A stretch of DNA of 64,000 nucleotides from Candidatus Brocadiia bacterium (GCA_050015075.1 JBEKCB010000028.1:1-64000); one strand, 5' to 3'. Numbered from the stretch's first letter, positions 46,446 to 56,208 are shown. Notes: a model not told the origin generated them from the sequence alone. Numbers and translations are program-made.

Positions 46446-46849
46446 ATGACCGCACCGCAGTGCAATCCGGACCTGAGCCGTTTCTGGTCGCGTCTGACGG
46501 AGCTTCAATGCGGCGGGCAACCATTGCTGAGCTCGCTTCGGACCGTGGAAAAGGAATTGGCGGGCCGGCCGATGGAGGCGGTGGTCAAAGTCGTGGCCGA
46601 CGACGTGGAGAAGGGCGCGCTCCTCTCGGCGGCGTTGCGGAAGCGCACGGACGTATTCGGCCGCGCGGCGACCTGCTTCGTCGAAGGAGGCGAGTACGCC
46701 GGCATCTTGGACCTCGCGCGCTGCTCTTCATCCTCGATAGCCTCTGGCACTGCCCCGACTGCGCCTCATGGAACCCGCATTCGGAAATCCCAGCGGCGAT
46801 TCCCGAGAACAAGGAACCAGGCCGGCGTGGTCGGTTGAAGCCTGCTTAG
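46446..46849 (+). pseudogene. stand-alone type II secretion F/PilC-like domain, apparently frameshifted near 46712
   Basis: GQPLLSSL..VEKGALLSAAL..VF..GGEYAGILD, then continues in another frame as ALLFILDSLWHCPDC. Confidence 0.5.
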
Positions 46850-46871
46850 GAACTCAGGGAAAGGACGCCTC

Positions 46872-47162
46872 ATGCAGATCGGTGAATTTCAACGGAACAT
46901 CGAGAAGACGTACTACGATCGCGATTCCGCCCGCGGCATGGGCGGCACATTCATGTGGTTCATCGAGGAAGTGGGCGAACTCTCCACGGCGGTCAGGGAA
47001 GGCGATAAAGAGGCGATGAAGGGCGAATTCGCCGACGTGCTGGCCTGGCTCTGCACCGTTGCGAGCCTCGCCGGAATCAGCATGGAAGAGGCCGTACTGA
47101 AATACGCGCACGGCTGCCCGCGATGCCACAAAATGCCGTGCGACTGTTCTCATAAATCGTGA
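46872..47162 (+). CDS. MazG-like nucleotide pyrophosphohydrolase
   Basis: EEVGEL..EFADVLAW; C-terminal CPRCHKMPCDC. Confidence 0.9.
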   Translation: MQIGEFQRNIEKTYYDRDSARGMGGTFMWFIEEVGELSTAVREGDKEAMKGEFADVLAWLCTVASLAGISMEEAVLKYAHGCPRCHKMPCDCSHKS

Positions 47163-47205
47163 GCCGGCCGGCCCTGCGTGGCCTGGGCATGCCGTTATTG
47201 TGTCT

Positions 47206-50200
47206 TCACTTTGCGGGCGCCTTCGGCGCTTTTTCGGCAGGCGGCGGCAGAGGCCAGAGCGCTTTCGCGCAACGGAAGCCGACGTTGATGTAGCGCGTGT
47301 TCTCGCGGCCCGCCATGCGGGTTGCGGCGCTCACGGCGCGCTCCAGCGTCATTTCCGGCGCAGGCGGCGCGTCTTTGCACTCATTGACTTTCGCCGCCCG
47401 AGGCGCTGTGGCGCTGACCAAAGGCAACCGGCGGGTCACGCCTGAAGGGTCGCGCACGGCCAGCCACTCCTTCGCCTCCTGCTTCATGGCAATACAGCCC
47501 GTCGAGAAGTCCAGCGCGACCTTTCGCTTGGGCGCGATAGTTTCTTCCACGCGGGGCCTCGGTCCCTGTGCGGCGCGGGGCCTGAGGCTTTCTTCCACGG
47601 TGACGGCGGTCACGCTGCCGATCTCTTGATCGGGCATCACCTGAAACTTCGACTCGGCCCAGTGGTCCCAGCCCGGCACCCACCTGCGAACCAGGACGTA
47701 CGCGGAATCCTCCGTGCCGACCACGCCCAGGTACTCCATTTCGAGGTTGGAGCGATATCGAACCAGCCACTCCGGTATCTTGGAGTCGGCCGCAAGGAGC
47801 AACGTCGCATCCCTGGCCCCATTCGACAAGGGAACCGCGACCACGCGAGTCGGCCGCTGTTCCTCCATTCCGGCCCAGGAACTGCCCTTGACGATGTAGA
47901 GTCGCGATGCGGCTTTTGAGGGCTCCAGCGCTGTCGCCGTCCACTCCGCGATATTGCCCGCCATATCCATGCAGCCGAAGGGACTGCGGTCGCCCTTGGC
48001 GCTGCCGACGGGCGCGGGGCCGAGTCCCAGCACGGCGTTGTCCGGCGCCCACGTGTCGCCCCAGGGATAGATCTGGCCCGAAGGTCCGCGACAGGCGCAC
48101 TCCCATTGTTCCTCCGTGGGCAGACCGCCGCCGGCCCAGGCGGCGAACGCCGCGGCTTCCGACCAGGTGACGTTCGCGACGGGCATTTCCTCGTTGTCCT
48201 GCGGCTCCACCCATCCCGGCGGCGCCGGCCGTCCCGTCGCGTGCAGGAATTCCGCGAAGCGGCCGCACGTGACCTCCTTGACGGCGATGAAGAGTCCGAA
48301 CGGCAACTCCACCGTGCGCCGGGGATTGCCCTCGCTGCCGCCGACGATGTACTTTCCGGGCGGGACCAGCACCATCCCGGGCGGCGGCTGCAGTTTCGGC
48401 GCGACGTTCGCGAGCAGATGGCGCGCATCGGGATCGGCCGGCACCAGGTCGAGCGCCGCGACGGCGGCATGGTACGCCGCGTCCCACTGGTCAGCCCGGA
48501 ACGCCTCCTGGCCTGCCTTCACTTGAACGGCGCAGTCGCCGAGCTGTTTTTGCGCCCGAGCGATCTTCGAGGTAATGGGATCGCGATGGAATCCGAACTT
48601 CTCCGCGACCATCCGGTATCGCTCCAGCGCCGCGCGCCAGTCGCCGTTCTTCTCCTCGCGCGCTCCCAGTTCCGCCTCAGCCAGCGCGATGCTGTTGCGG
48701 ATTTCCTCCAGCCGTCGCGTGGCCGATGCCCGGCACTCGGTGACGAGCGTGACCGGGGGACCGAGAAGGATCTCCTGGTACTTGTTGAAGCCGGCGATCG
48801 AGGAATCGAGGCCGCCCTTGCCGACGATGGCTTCCGCCTCTCTGCACCGGGCATGCGCATCGTCGTTCAGTTTCTGCATTTCCGCCGACAGCTCATTCGC
48901 TTTGTCCGCGTAGTCGGGATAATCCTTGGCGATCCGGCTGCACAGCGTGATCGCGTCGGAGGGATTGCCCGCCTCCTTCAAGGCCTGCGCCTCGCTGAGG
49001 AGTTTCTCGGCCTGCTTCCCGGTCTCCTCGCGCATCCCCGGAATGTAGACGAGCAAAAACCAGAGACCCAGCGCAATGACGCCGAGGAAAACGAGCGCCG
49101 CAAGGATCGGCCTGAGATACAGCCGCTCGGAGAGCGGAGCTGCAGGTTTCACCTTGGGCAGTATCATGACCTTCGGCGCCTCGCGTGGCTTGCTCCCGGC
49201 GAGCTCACGCACCTCGCTCTCGGCGAATTCCCGCCTCTTGTCCTCGATTTCTTTAGTGACACGGAGTGCCGACGCGTCGCCGGGTTCCAGGTCGAGCGCT
49301 CTCCGGCAAAGGACCAGCGCTTCGTCGAAGTTGCCTCGCTGCGCCTCCTCGCTGGCTTCTTTCAGGTAGCTCCGCTTGAGATTGAGGTTGCCCAGTTGAT
49401 CGCGGGCGACGGCGAGGCGATTCTTGAGTTCGATGTCGCCGGGCAGGGACGCGGCGGCTTTCTCCCACTCTGCGACGGCGTGGACGATGTCGCCCTGTTC
49501 GTAAAAGCGGTCGCCCGCGGCCGACGCGACGCCGGCCGCATCAGCCCTCGCGACGAGGGCCTTCCGACGCGCGACGATATCCTCGTAGTCGTCCGGAAGC
49601 GCGCTCCAGTACTCCAGCGCGCGCTCGGTGTGCCCCTCGGCGACCATGCGCTGCCCGGCCTCGTAGGTCCGCCGGAAGAAGCGTTCGCGACGCTGGCTGA
49701 GCCGTTCGACCCAGGTGCGAGCGCTGGCCTTCATGGCGGCGTATTCCCGCGTATGGAAGCGCTCGAGTTTTTTCAACTCCAGCAGCGCCGAGTCGAATTG
49801 GTGGTCGGCGACGAACTGCCTCGCTTTCGCCTGAATCGCCTGCGCCGTCTTGCGGAGCTTGTTGCGGTGCTGGACCAGGTCCGTGCCGCAGCCGGGACAT
49901 TGCGCAACCTCCAGCCGGTTCTCGACCTTGCAGGACGGGCACTCGTCGAAGATATCCTCGAGGCTTCCCCCGCACTTTTCACATTGGCGGGCCTCCGGCG
50001 CGCTCTCGTGCCCGCAACCGGCGCAGGTCGTCAGGTTGATCACGCCTCGGACCTTGGAGGTGGCGTCTTCCTCTTTCTCGCGCTGGGCCCGCGTGATCGG
50101 CGGCGTGGTGGCCAGTTCGCGCAGCGCCTGCGCCATCTCGTCGGCGCTTGCAAAACGGTTGTTCGCGTCCTCCCTGAGCGAGTGCTGGATGATATCGTCC

Positions 50201-51054
50201 CAGCGCACGTCCAGGGCGCTGTCCATCTCCGTGGGCATCTTGAACACGCCGAGAGGAAGTTTCCCGGTGAGCAGTTCGTAAAGGCAGACGCCGAAGCTGT
50301 AGATGTCGGTGCGCTCGTCAACGTTCCTGGCGTTGGTGAGCTGTTCGGGCGCCATGTACTTGAGGGTGCCCATGGTGTGATGGTCGCGCGTGACGTCCAG
50401 GGTGCCTTGCGCCTTGGCCAGGTGTGCCAGGCCGAAGTCGGCGATCTTCACCTTCCCGTCGCGGTTGATCATGATGTTGCCCGGCTTGATATCGCGGTGC
50501 ACCACACCGCGCCGGTGCGCGTAGGCCAGCCCGGCGAGCACCTGTTCGGCGATCTGCAGCACCTGGTCCGGCGGGAGTTTTCTCTCCCGGTGCAGGCGGT
50601 CCTTGAGCGTCTCGCCCTCGACGTACTCCATCACGATGAAATAGGTCTCGCCTTCGCGGCCGCGGTCAATCACGCTGACGATATTCGGGTGATTCAGGTT
50701 GGCGAGGACCGTCGCTTCCCTGTCGAACCGCGTGATGAAGAGTTTGTTCTTGGCGAGGTCTTTCGGAAGAATCTTGATGGCGACGGTCCGGTCGAGGGAC
50801 AACTGCCGGCCGCGGAAGACGACGGCCATGCCGCCGGAGCCCAGGAGCGCCTCGATGACGTAGTTGCCGAGTTGATGGCCCGGCTTGAAGCCCAGCGCGA
50901 GATCCTCGGCCACCTCGGATAGACCTCGCACCGCCCGCCGGGGAATCTTGGCCTCGCAATGCGGACAGACGAGGTGTGCCAAGTCCGCGCCGGGCTCGAC
51001 ATTGAACTCGTGCGCGCAGCCTGGACAGGTGACGTTCTTCTCGGTCTGAGGCAT
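47206..51054 (-). CDS. membrane Ser/Thr kinase with zinc ribbons, TPRs and C-terminal FGE-sulfatase-like domain
   Basis: GSGGMAVV, HRDIKPGN, DFG, YMAPEQ; multiple CxxC; TM; LPTEEQWE, YPWG, DMAGNIAEW, VGFRC. Confidence 0.9.
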   Translation of the reverse strand: MPQTEKNVTCPGCAHEFNVEPGADLAHLVCPHCEAKIPRRAVRGLSEVAEDLALGFKPGHQLGNYVIEALLGSGGMAVVFRGRQLSLDRTVAIKILPKDLAKNKLFITRFDREATVLANLNHPNIVSVIDRGREGETYFIVMEYVEGETLKDRLHRERKLPPDQVLQIAEQVLAGLAYAHRRGVVHRDIKPGNIMINRDGKVKIADFGLAHLAKAQGTLDVTRDHHTMGTLKYMAPEQLTNARNVDERTDIYSFGVCLYELLTGKLPLGVFKMPTEMDSALDVRWDDIIQHSLREDANNRFASADEMAQALRELATTPPITRAQREKEEDATSKVRGVINLTTCAGCGHESAPEARQCEKCGGSLEDIFDECPSCKVENRLEVAQCPGCGTDLVQHRNKLRKTAQAIQAKARQFVADHQFDSALLELKKLERFHTREYAAMKASARTWVERLSQRRERFFRRTYEAGQRMVAEGHTERALEYWSALPDDYEDIVARRKALVARADAAGVASAAGDRFYEQGDIVHAVAEWEKAAASLPGDIELKNRLAVARDQLGNLNLKRSYLKEASEEAQRGNFDEALVLCRRALDLEPGDASALRVTKEIEDKRREFAESEVRELAGSKPREAPKVMILPKVKPAAPLSERLYLRPILAALVFLGVIALGLWFLLVYIPGMREETGKQAEKLLSEAQALKEAGNPSDAITLCSRIAKDYPDYADKANELSAEMQKLNDDAHARCREAEAIVGKGGLDSSIAGFNKYQEILLGPPVTLVTECRASATRRLEEIRNSIALAEAELGAREEKNGDWRAALERYRMVAEKFGFHRDPITSKIARAQKQLGDCAVQVKAGQEAFRADQWDAAYHAAVAALDLVPADPDARHLLANVAPKLQPPPGMVLVPPGKYIVGGSEGNPRRTVELPFGLFIAVKEVTCGRFAEFLHATGRPAPPGWVEPQDNEEMPVANVTWSEAAAFAAWAGGGLPTEEQWECACRGPSGQIYPWGDTWAPDNAVLGLGPAPVGSAKGDRSPFGCMDMAGNIAEWTATALEPSKAASRLYIVKGSSWAGMEEQRPTRVVAVPLSNGARDATLLLAADSKIPEWLVRYRSNLEMEYLGVVGTEDSAYVLVRRWVPGWDHWAESKFQVMPDQEIGSVTAVTVEESLRPRAAQGPRPRVEETIAPKRKVALDFSTGCIAMKQEAKEWLAVRDPSGVTRRLPLVSATAPRAAKVNECKDAPPAPEMTLERAVSAATRMAGRENTRYINVGFRCAKALWPLPPPAEKAPKAPAK

Positions 51055-51343
51055 GGGGACTTTACATATCCTGTTTCCCGGTTGCAACAACTATAGCTGG
51101 TACAACAATATCGGAAAGAAAGAGCGTCTTGTCAAGCCAGCGGCATCGCGCCTATGGCAGGCATGAGCTGACGGGCCGAACGATAAGGGCGTAATAGACT
51201 GTGGGATAGCGGCTTACAGCAAAAGCGCCATTCCGCGCCGGAGTTCTCAGAGATTTCGTAACTGCTGAAATTGCTTCCGCTCGTACAATTGGTGTACTAT
51301 ACTGCCATGCGCCAGCTCTACTCGCAATGGGTAAAAGCATCCC

Positions 51344-52606
51344 ATGTCTGCGACTCTTTACACCCTGGGCGAACATCTCAGCGCGAGCCTTCAGGCGGGC
51401 TCTATATTCGCCATCCTCGCTGCATTTGCGTTTGGGGTGTTCGTCGGGTTCACACCGTGCGTCTATCCGATCCTACCCATTACGGTTACCTACATCGGGA
51501 GCATCGCCCGCGGCAGCAAGCTCAACGGGTTCATTTACTCGCTGATCTATGTCCTCGGCATGGCGATCGTCTATGCGACGATCGGCGTGATCACGGCAAT
51601 CACGGGCGGCCAGATCGGGAGAATCTGGAACAACGGCTGGGTGCTGCTGGCCCTTGCGAATTTCTTCATCCTCCTCGCATTGTGGCAGCTCAAAGTCATC
51701 CAGATTTCGGTCCCGCAGATCATTCAAGGAGCAGGCCCGCGCCGGCGCGGGGCGCTCGGAGCGCTGCTGGTCGGAGGCGCCTCGGGCCTGGTGGTCGGTC
51801 CCTGCACGTTGCCGGGGCTCGCAGCGATGGTTACGCTGATCGGCGCGCACGCGCGCGGAGGCTCGACGGGGTCGCTGATCTTCGGCGCCGCCGCGATGTT
51901 CGCCTACAGCCTGGGACTCGGCAGCCTGGCCATCGTCTGCGGCACGTTCAGCGGAATCCTGACGAATCTGCCGCGCTCCGGCGCCTGGCTCAACGCGATC
52001 GAGAAAACCTTTGCGATACTGCTGATCGTGGTGGCGGAATGCTTCCTGATCTATCTCGGGCAGAACGCAAAATTTCCGCTGCTGAGTTCGCTGGCCGCGC
52101 CGAGTACGCCCGCGGCCGCTGGAGCCTCGCCGACATCGGCGACGCCCGGGACCGGCAGTGGAGCGGCCGTCGGCCAGCGGGCGCCCGACTGGCGGTTGAG
52201 CGACCCCGAAGGGAAGCCGGTCGCGTTGGCCGACTATCGCGGGAAGAAAGGCGTGCTCATGGCGTTCTTCGCCACCTGGTGCGCCGCTTGCATGGAAGAG
52301 GTGCCGAGCCTTATCGCATTCCAGAGCAGATACGCGGACCGGCCGGTCGAGCTGGTCGGCGTTGATAACGATCAGCCGGCGCACGTCGTCAAACAGTTCG
52401 CCGAGGCCAGGAAAGTGAACTATAAATTGGTGCTCGACCCCGACGGGACCGTGGCCACGGCCTACGGCGTGGTCGGCTTTCCCACGTTTGTCGGAATCGA
52501 CGCGGCGGGCACTATCCGCTACGTGGGCAACGTGTTGCCCGGCGACCTGGACGCTCTCGTCAAGCAGCTCGAAACCGGTGGAACGGCGGAGGCCAGGCAG
52601 CCATGA
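51344..52606 (+). CDS. CcdA/DsbD-beta + TlpA thioredoxin fusion (DipZ-like)
   Basis: FTPCVYP, VGPCTLP, LPRSGAWL; APDW..FFATWCAAC..GFPT. Confidence 0.88.
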   Translation: MSATLYTLGEHLSASLQAGSIFAILAAFAFGVFVGFTPCVYPILPITVTYIGSIARGSKLNGFIYSLIYVLGMAIVYATIGVITAITGGQIGRIWNNGWVLLALANFFILLALWQLKVIQISVPQIIQGAGPRRRGALGALLVGGASGLVVGPCTLPGLAAMVTLIGAHARGGSTGSLIFGAAAMFAYSLGLGSLAIVCGTFSGILTNLPRSGAWLNAIEKTFAILLIVVAECFLIYLGQNAKFPLLSSLAAPSTPAAAGASPTSATPGTGSGAAVGQRAPDWRLSDPEGKPVALADYRGKKGVLMAFFATWCAACMEEVPSLIAFQSRYADRPVELVGVDNDQPAHVVKQFAEARKVNYKLVLDPDGTVATAYGVVGFPTFVGIDAAGTIRYVGNVLPGDLDALVKQLETGGTAEARQP

Positions 52607-53052
52607 AGGTCGCGCTCGCGCGCGTGATCCGGAACGCGATCCGGAAGGAGCAACAAGCGCGCAACCTCTACCTGAGGGCGCGCAAGCTGGCGCAGGATCC
52701 GGCGACGGGAACGCTGCTCGACTCGCTGGCCGGCGAGGAAGCCTCGCATGCGGCGCTCCTCCGCGGCAAGGGACTCAAGGCGTTCCTGGCGTCGAAGCCG
52801 CCGCCGATTCAGGACCTTCGGATCACCGAGTTTCTCGTCCCACGGAAACTTTCCGCGCAGGCGGCGTTCCAGGACGTGCTCGTCTACGCGATGAAACGCG
52901 AGGCCGCCTCCTACTGGGCGTATCAGGCGCTCGCGGAGACGGCCGAGGACGGACCGACGCGCCGGCTCTTCCGCCGTCTCGCGCAGGAGGAGCGGCTGCA
53001 TCGCAACCGGCTTGAACGAGTGTATGACGATGTGATCTTCGCAGAGGACTGA
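52603..53052 (+). CDS. ferritin-like/rubrerythrin family protein
   Basis: AIRKE..LAGEEASH and AMKRE..LAQEERLH diiron-type motifs. Confidence 0.85.
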   Translation: MKVALARVIRNAIRKEQQARNLYLRARKLAQDPATGTLLDSLAGEEASHAALLRGKGLKAFLASKPPPIQDLRITEFLVPRKLSAQAAFQDVLVYAMKREAASYWAYQALAETAEDGPTRRLFRRLAQEERLHRNRLERVYDDVIFAED

Positions 53053-53111
53053 CGCGTCCGGTCGCGCGCAGCGGTCTGCGCGCTCGTGGTTTAACGAGGA
53101 AGGGAAAGCGT

Positions 53112-53534
53112 ATGGATCAATCCACGTCGCCGAAAGTCTTCGTCTGCCGCAACTGCGGCCGGATGGCCTCCGACAGCGGCCATCTATGCTCGCCGCGGCC
53201 GCACACCCTGATCCAGTACTGCAGCTATTGCGGCGCCGTCGCCGAAGATGCGCGGCACCTGTGCGCGCCGAAGGTGCTGCAGATCCGCTACTTCTGTAAG
53301 AACTGCGGCCGCGCCGCAACCAGCATGAATCTGCTCTGCAGCCCGGTCGCCATTCCACAGGCCAGGGCGGAGACCCTTCCGCCCAGGCAGCACGCGGTCG
53401 CGTCTCACGCCGGCGCGAAGGCCATTCATGCTCCGGCCGCTCATAAAAAAGCGGCGAAGAAGCCTGCCGCGAAGAAGGCCAAGCCGGCTTCCAGGAAGAA
53501 GCCCGCGAAGCCGAAATCGAAGTCCCGAAAGTAG
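53112..53534 (+). CDS. protein with three CxxCG..(H/N)LCxP repeats and a Lys/Ala-rich histone H1-like tail
   Basis: CRNCGR..HLCSP, CSYCGA..HLCAP, CKNCGR..LLCSP; KKAAKKPAAKKAKP tail. Confidence 0.75.
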   Translation: MDQSTSPKVFVCRNCGRMASDSGHLCSPRPHTLIQYCSYCGAVAEDARHLCAPKVLQIRYFCKNCGRAATSMNLLCSPVAIPQARAETLPPRQHAVASHAGAKAIHAPAAHKKAAKKPAAKKAKPASRKKPAKPKSKSRK

Positions 53535-53687
53535 GTTGCGGATTTATCTTGATTATGGCCGGGCGAGATGTTAGCATCCCCGCCAGAGGGGACTGAGCAT
53601 CGTACGTGGCCGCTCTCGTGTCTATAGGCCGGCGGGGCCTGTGAGGCGCAGGAGCAGTTATGGTTTGCGCTTCGAAGGAGACAGCGC

Positions 53688-54023
53688 ATGCCTTACGCGG
53701 TGCGAGTCCGAACGGGATCTGAAGAAGGCGAGATTTACCCGCTTTTTGAGAATCGCGAGATCACGATCGGAAGAAGCCCGACGAATAATATTTTCGTCCG
53801 GGACAAGAACGTCTCGCGCGTGCATTGCCAGATCGTTGTGAGCAACGGCGCCGTGACGCTGACGGACCTGCAGAGCACGAACGGGACGTTCGTGAACAAC
53901 GAGCGGACCACCGAGTGCCCGCTGAAGATCAACGACCTCATCCGCGTCGGCACGACGCTGCTGGAATTGGAAGAGATTGACGAACAGGGCCGAACCATCA
54001 CGGATACGGCGGTGATGGAGTAA
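53688..54023 (+). CDS. stand-alone FHA domain protein
   Basis: IGRS, VSRVH, DLQSTNGTFVN; AAGGAG RBS. Confidence 0.92.
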   Translation: MPYAVRVRTGSEEGEIYPLFENREITIGRSPTNNIFVRDKNVSRVHCQIVVSNGAVTLTDLQSTNGTFVNNERTTECPLKINDLIRVGTTLLELEEIDEQGRTITDTAVME

Positions 54024-54101
54024 GCCTCGAACTTTCCCGCGCCGGGTGGAGAGCAAACCGCCGGCTCCACTCGCCGATGCCGATCCGCTATTGATCCCGC
54101 T

Positions 54102-54584
54102 TCAGGAATCCGATGCCGATCTGCCGATGAGCCGCCCCAGCAGCTTGCGATATCTCGGGTCCGTTCTCAGGTTGGTCAGGTCCGGGTCTTTCGCCATGTG
54201 GGGCACGTCGTGATACCCCAGCGACACGGCGCGCTCCAGCGCGGCGAGCGACTCGTCAATATGCCGCAGGAGACAGTAGCTGCACGCGAGATTGTAATAT
54301 ACGATCGGGTCGGCCGGCCGCAGCCGCACGAGCCGGCGATCCACGTTCAGCCCCTTCTCGTACTCGCCGCGGCGCGTGTACGTGTTGCCCAGGATCATCA
54401 GCGCTTCCTCGTTGCAAGGGTCCCGCGAGACGAGTTCCTCGAAGAACTCGATCTCGAAGCGGGCGTCGTCTTCCTGACCGACCGAGGAGAGCTGAAAGAG
54501 CTGCGGCCGCAGGCTCAGGCGCGAGTCTGTGGCTAAGGCATGCTTCGTTTTCTCATTGCCGGATGCCGACGCTTTATCTTCCAT
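54102..54584 (-). CDS. TPR protein
   Basis: LGNTYTRRG, YYNLACSY, ALERAVSLGY, DPDLTNLR. Confidence 0.85.
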   Translation of the reverse strand: MEDKASASGNEKTKHALATDSRLSLRPQLFQLSSVGQEDDARFEIEFFEELVSRDPCNEEALMILGNTYTRRGEYEKGLNVDRRLVRLRPADPIVYYNLACSYCLLRHIDESLAALERAVSLGYHDVPHMAKDPDLTNLRTDPRYRKLLGRLIGRSASDS

Positions 54585-54677
54585 TGCGTCCGACTTCTCC
54601 CGTTGCGGACCCGGCCGCTTCCGGCGCTGACCTCTTCTGCGCGACTACGTCAATTATCTTCTCACCTCGGCGCGCTG

Positions 54678-56021
54678 TCAAGTGCTCGCAGGTTTCGCGC
54701 GGCACGCGACGCAGCGCGTCTCGGCGGGGATCTGCTCGTAGGGCGCGACGGTCCTGATTTTCTCGACCGTCTCCGCGTCGAGCGCCTTGCCGCAGGTCGA
54801 ACAGAGGAAGGGGTTCTCGATCGCGGCGATCGCGCCGTCGAGGTCCCCGAGCAGCGTACGGCCCATGCCGAAATCGAACGGCAGCGGCGAACCGAATTCC
54901 TTCGCCACCCACACGCCGCGCGCCACGAGTTTGCGGCATTCGTCGAGCGAGGTCTCTTTCATGCGCAGCTTCGCCCCGGACTGCGATTGCAGGAACCGGT
55001 CGAACGAGGACTTGCTCATGTCCACACGCAGGCCCGCCTGTTGAATGCCGCGCTTCCACGGGTCCACGAGCACGCTGAAGACTTTCAGCCGTCCGTTCGG
55101 CCGCGCGCGCGCGACCGTGACGAGGATCAACCCGTTCGGCGAGGGCTCGCTGGCGACCGCGCGATGCAGCGGCAGTTCGTCGTCGGCCTCGGCGGCCGTC
55201 GGTTCGAGCGCCTTGGGCTTTTCCTCGGGCACTTCGATTCCGTCTTCCCGCAGATCGAACAGGAGCTTCTTGATGAGCTTCTGAAGCTCTCGTCCGGACG
55301 TCCGCTGGAGCTCCAGCAGGAACGGCACTCCCTCGGCGAGTTTCGCAGCCGCGATCACCGAAGCCGCCGCCGTCGCGTTCCCCTCGTCGTCGCGCGCGAG
55401 GGCTTCCAGGAAGGGCAGCGCCCGCGCTTTCTCCGTCTCCGCCGCCGAGTGCATGATCAGCCAGCGCTCGGCCGGATGCAGCGTGCGGGCGTGCTCGACC
55501 GCTCCGGCGACGTCGCCGCCCTTGAGCAGTTGCAGCGCGCGGGAAGGCAGTTTCCGCTCCACCTCCTCGGCCTGCGGCGCGGGCACGGTCATCGCGAAAA
55601 CGTCGGGGTCCACGGCGGAGCCGAGTTGCGCGAGCAGGCTGTTGGCGAGCACCTTCACGTACGCTTCCTGCCCGACGTCGAAGATCAGCGCGTTGAGGTC
55701 GTCCACGATGACGGCGCCGCCGATCTTCGAGAGCACCTGCACGGCAATGGCGCGCGTGGCCGGATCGCCCGAGACGAGGCGGCCGAGGAGATACTGCAGC
55801 GAGGCGCGAGGCCGCTCGCGCATCTCCTCAGCAGCCTCCTCAAGCGCTTTCGAGTCGAAGACCGGCAGGGCCGCCGCAAAGCGGCTGAGGATCTTTTCTA
55901 TGGGCGGCGGGCTGGGCGGCGGCGCGGCAGGCTTGCCCGCCGGATTCGTGGCGGCTTTGCCGGCTGGACGGGCGGCGGTCTTGTCGAACGTCAATCCCTT
56001 GATCGGTTTCTTCAATGCCAT
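54678..56021 (-). CDS. HEAT-repeat hypothetical protein with C-terminal C4 zinc finger
   Basis: HEAT-like helices; alpha/beta domain; CSTCG...RCVAC; AAGGA RBS. Confidence 0.75.
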   Translation of the reverse strand: MALKKPIKGLTFDKTAARPAGKAATNPAGKPAAPPPSPPPIEKILSRFAAALPVFDSKALEEAAEEMRERPRASLQYLLGRLVSGDPATRAIAVQVLSKIGGAVIVDDLNALIFDVGQEAYVKVLANSLLAQLGSAVDPDVFAMTVPAPQAEEVERKLPSRALQLLKGGDVAGAVEHARTLHPAERWLIMHSAAETEKARALPFLEALARDDEGNATAAASVIAAAKLAEGVPFLLELQRTSGRELQKLIKKLLFDLREDGIEVPEEKPKALEPTAAEADDELPLHRAVASEPSPNGLILVTVARARPNGRLKVFSVLVDPWKRGIQQAGLRVDMSKSSFDRFLQSQSGAKLRMKETSLDECRKLVARGVWVAKEFGSPLPFDFGMGRTLLGDLDGAIAAIENPFLCSTCGKALDAETVEKIRTVAPYEQIPAETRCVACRAKPAST

Positions 56022-56060
56022 CGAGATAATTTCCTTGCTGTCATGATGAGGGCCGGCGGC

Positions 56061-56195
56061 TCAGCGCCGGCGCTTGCGCTTGGGAGGGCGCTTCGAGGCG
56101 GCCGCGTTCATCAGCTTGGCCGGGTCGGGTTTGGGAGCGCCGAAATCGAGGCGTTTTTTCAGCCGCTCGATCGCCGCCATGAGATTCTTCATCAT
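56061..56195 (-). CDS. putative 44-aa basic peptide (MMKNLMAAIERLKKRLDFGAPKPDPAKLMNAAASKRPPKRKRRR)
   Basis: Fills the gap between co-oriented genes; GC-rich third positions; AAGGG upstream. Confidence 0.45.
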   Translation of the reverse strand: MMKNLMAAIERLKKRLDFGAPKPDPAKLMNAAASKRPPKRKRRR

Positions 56196-56208
56196 CGGGC
56201 GATGCCCT

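Noticed and set aside
47206-47900. Diversity-generating retroelement target in the FGE/CLec domain
   Set aside because: No reverse transcriptase or adenine-variant template repeat was seen in the window.
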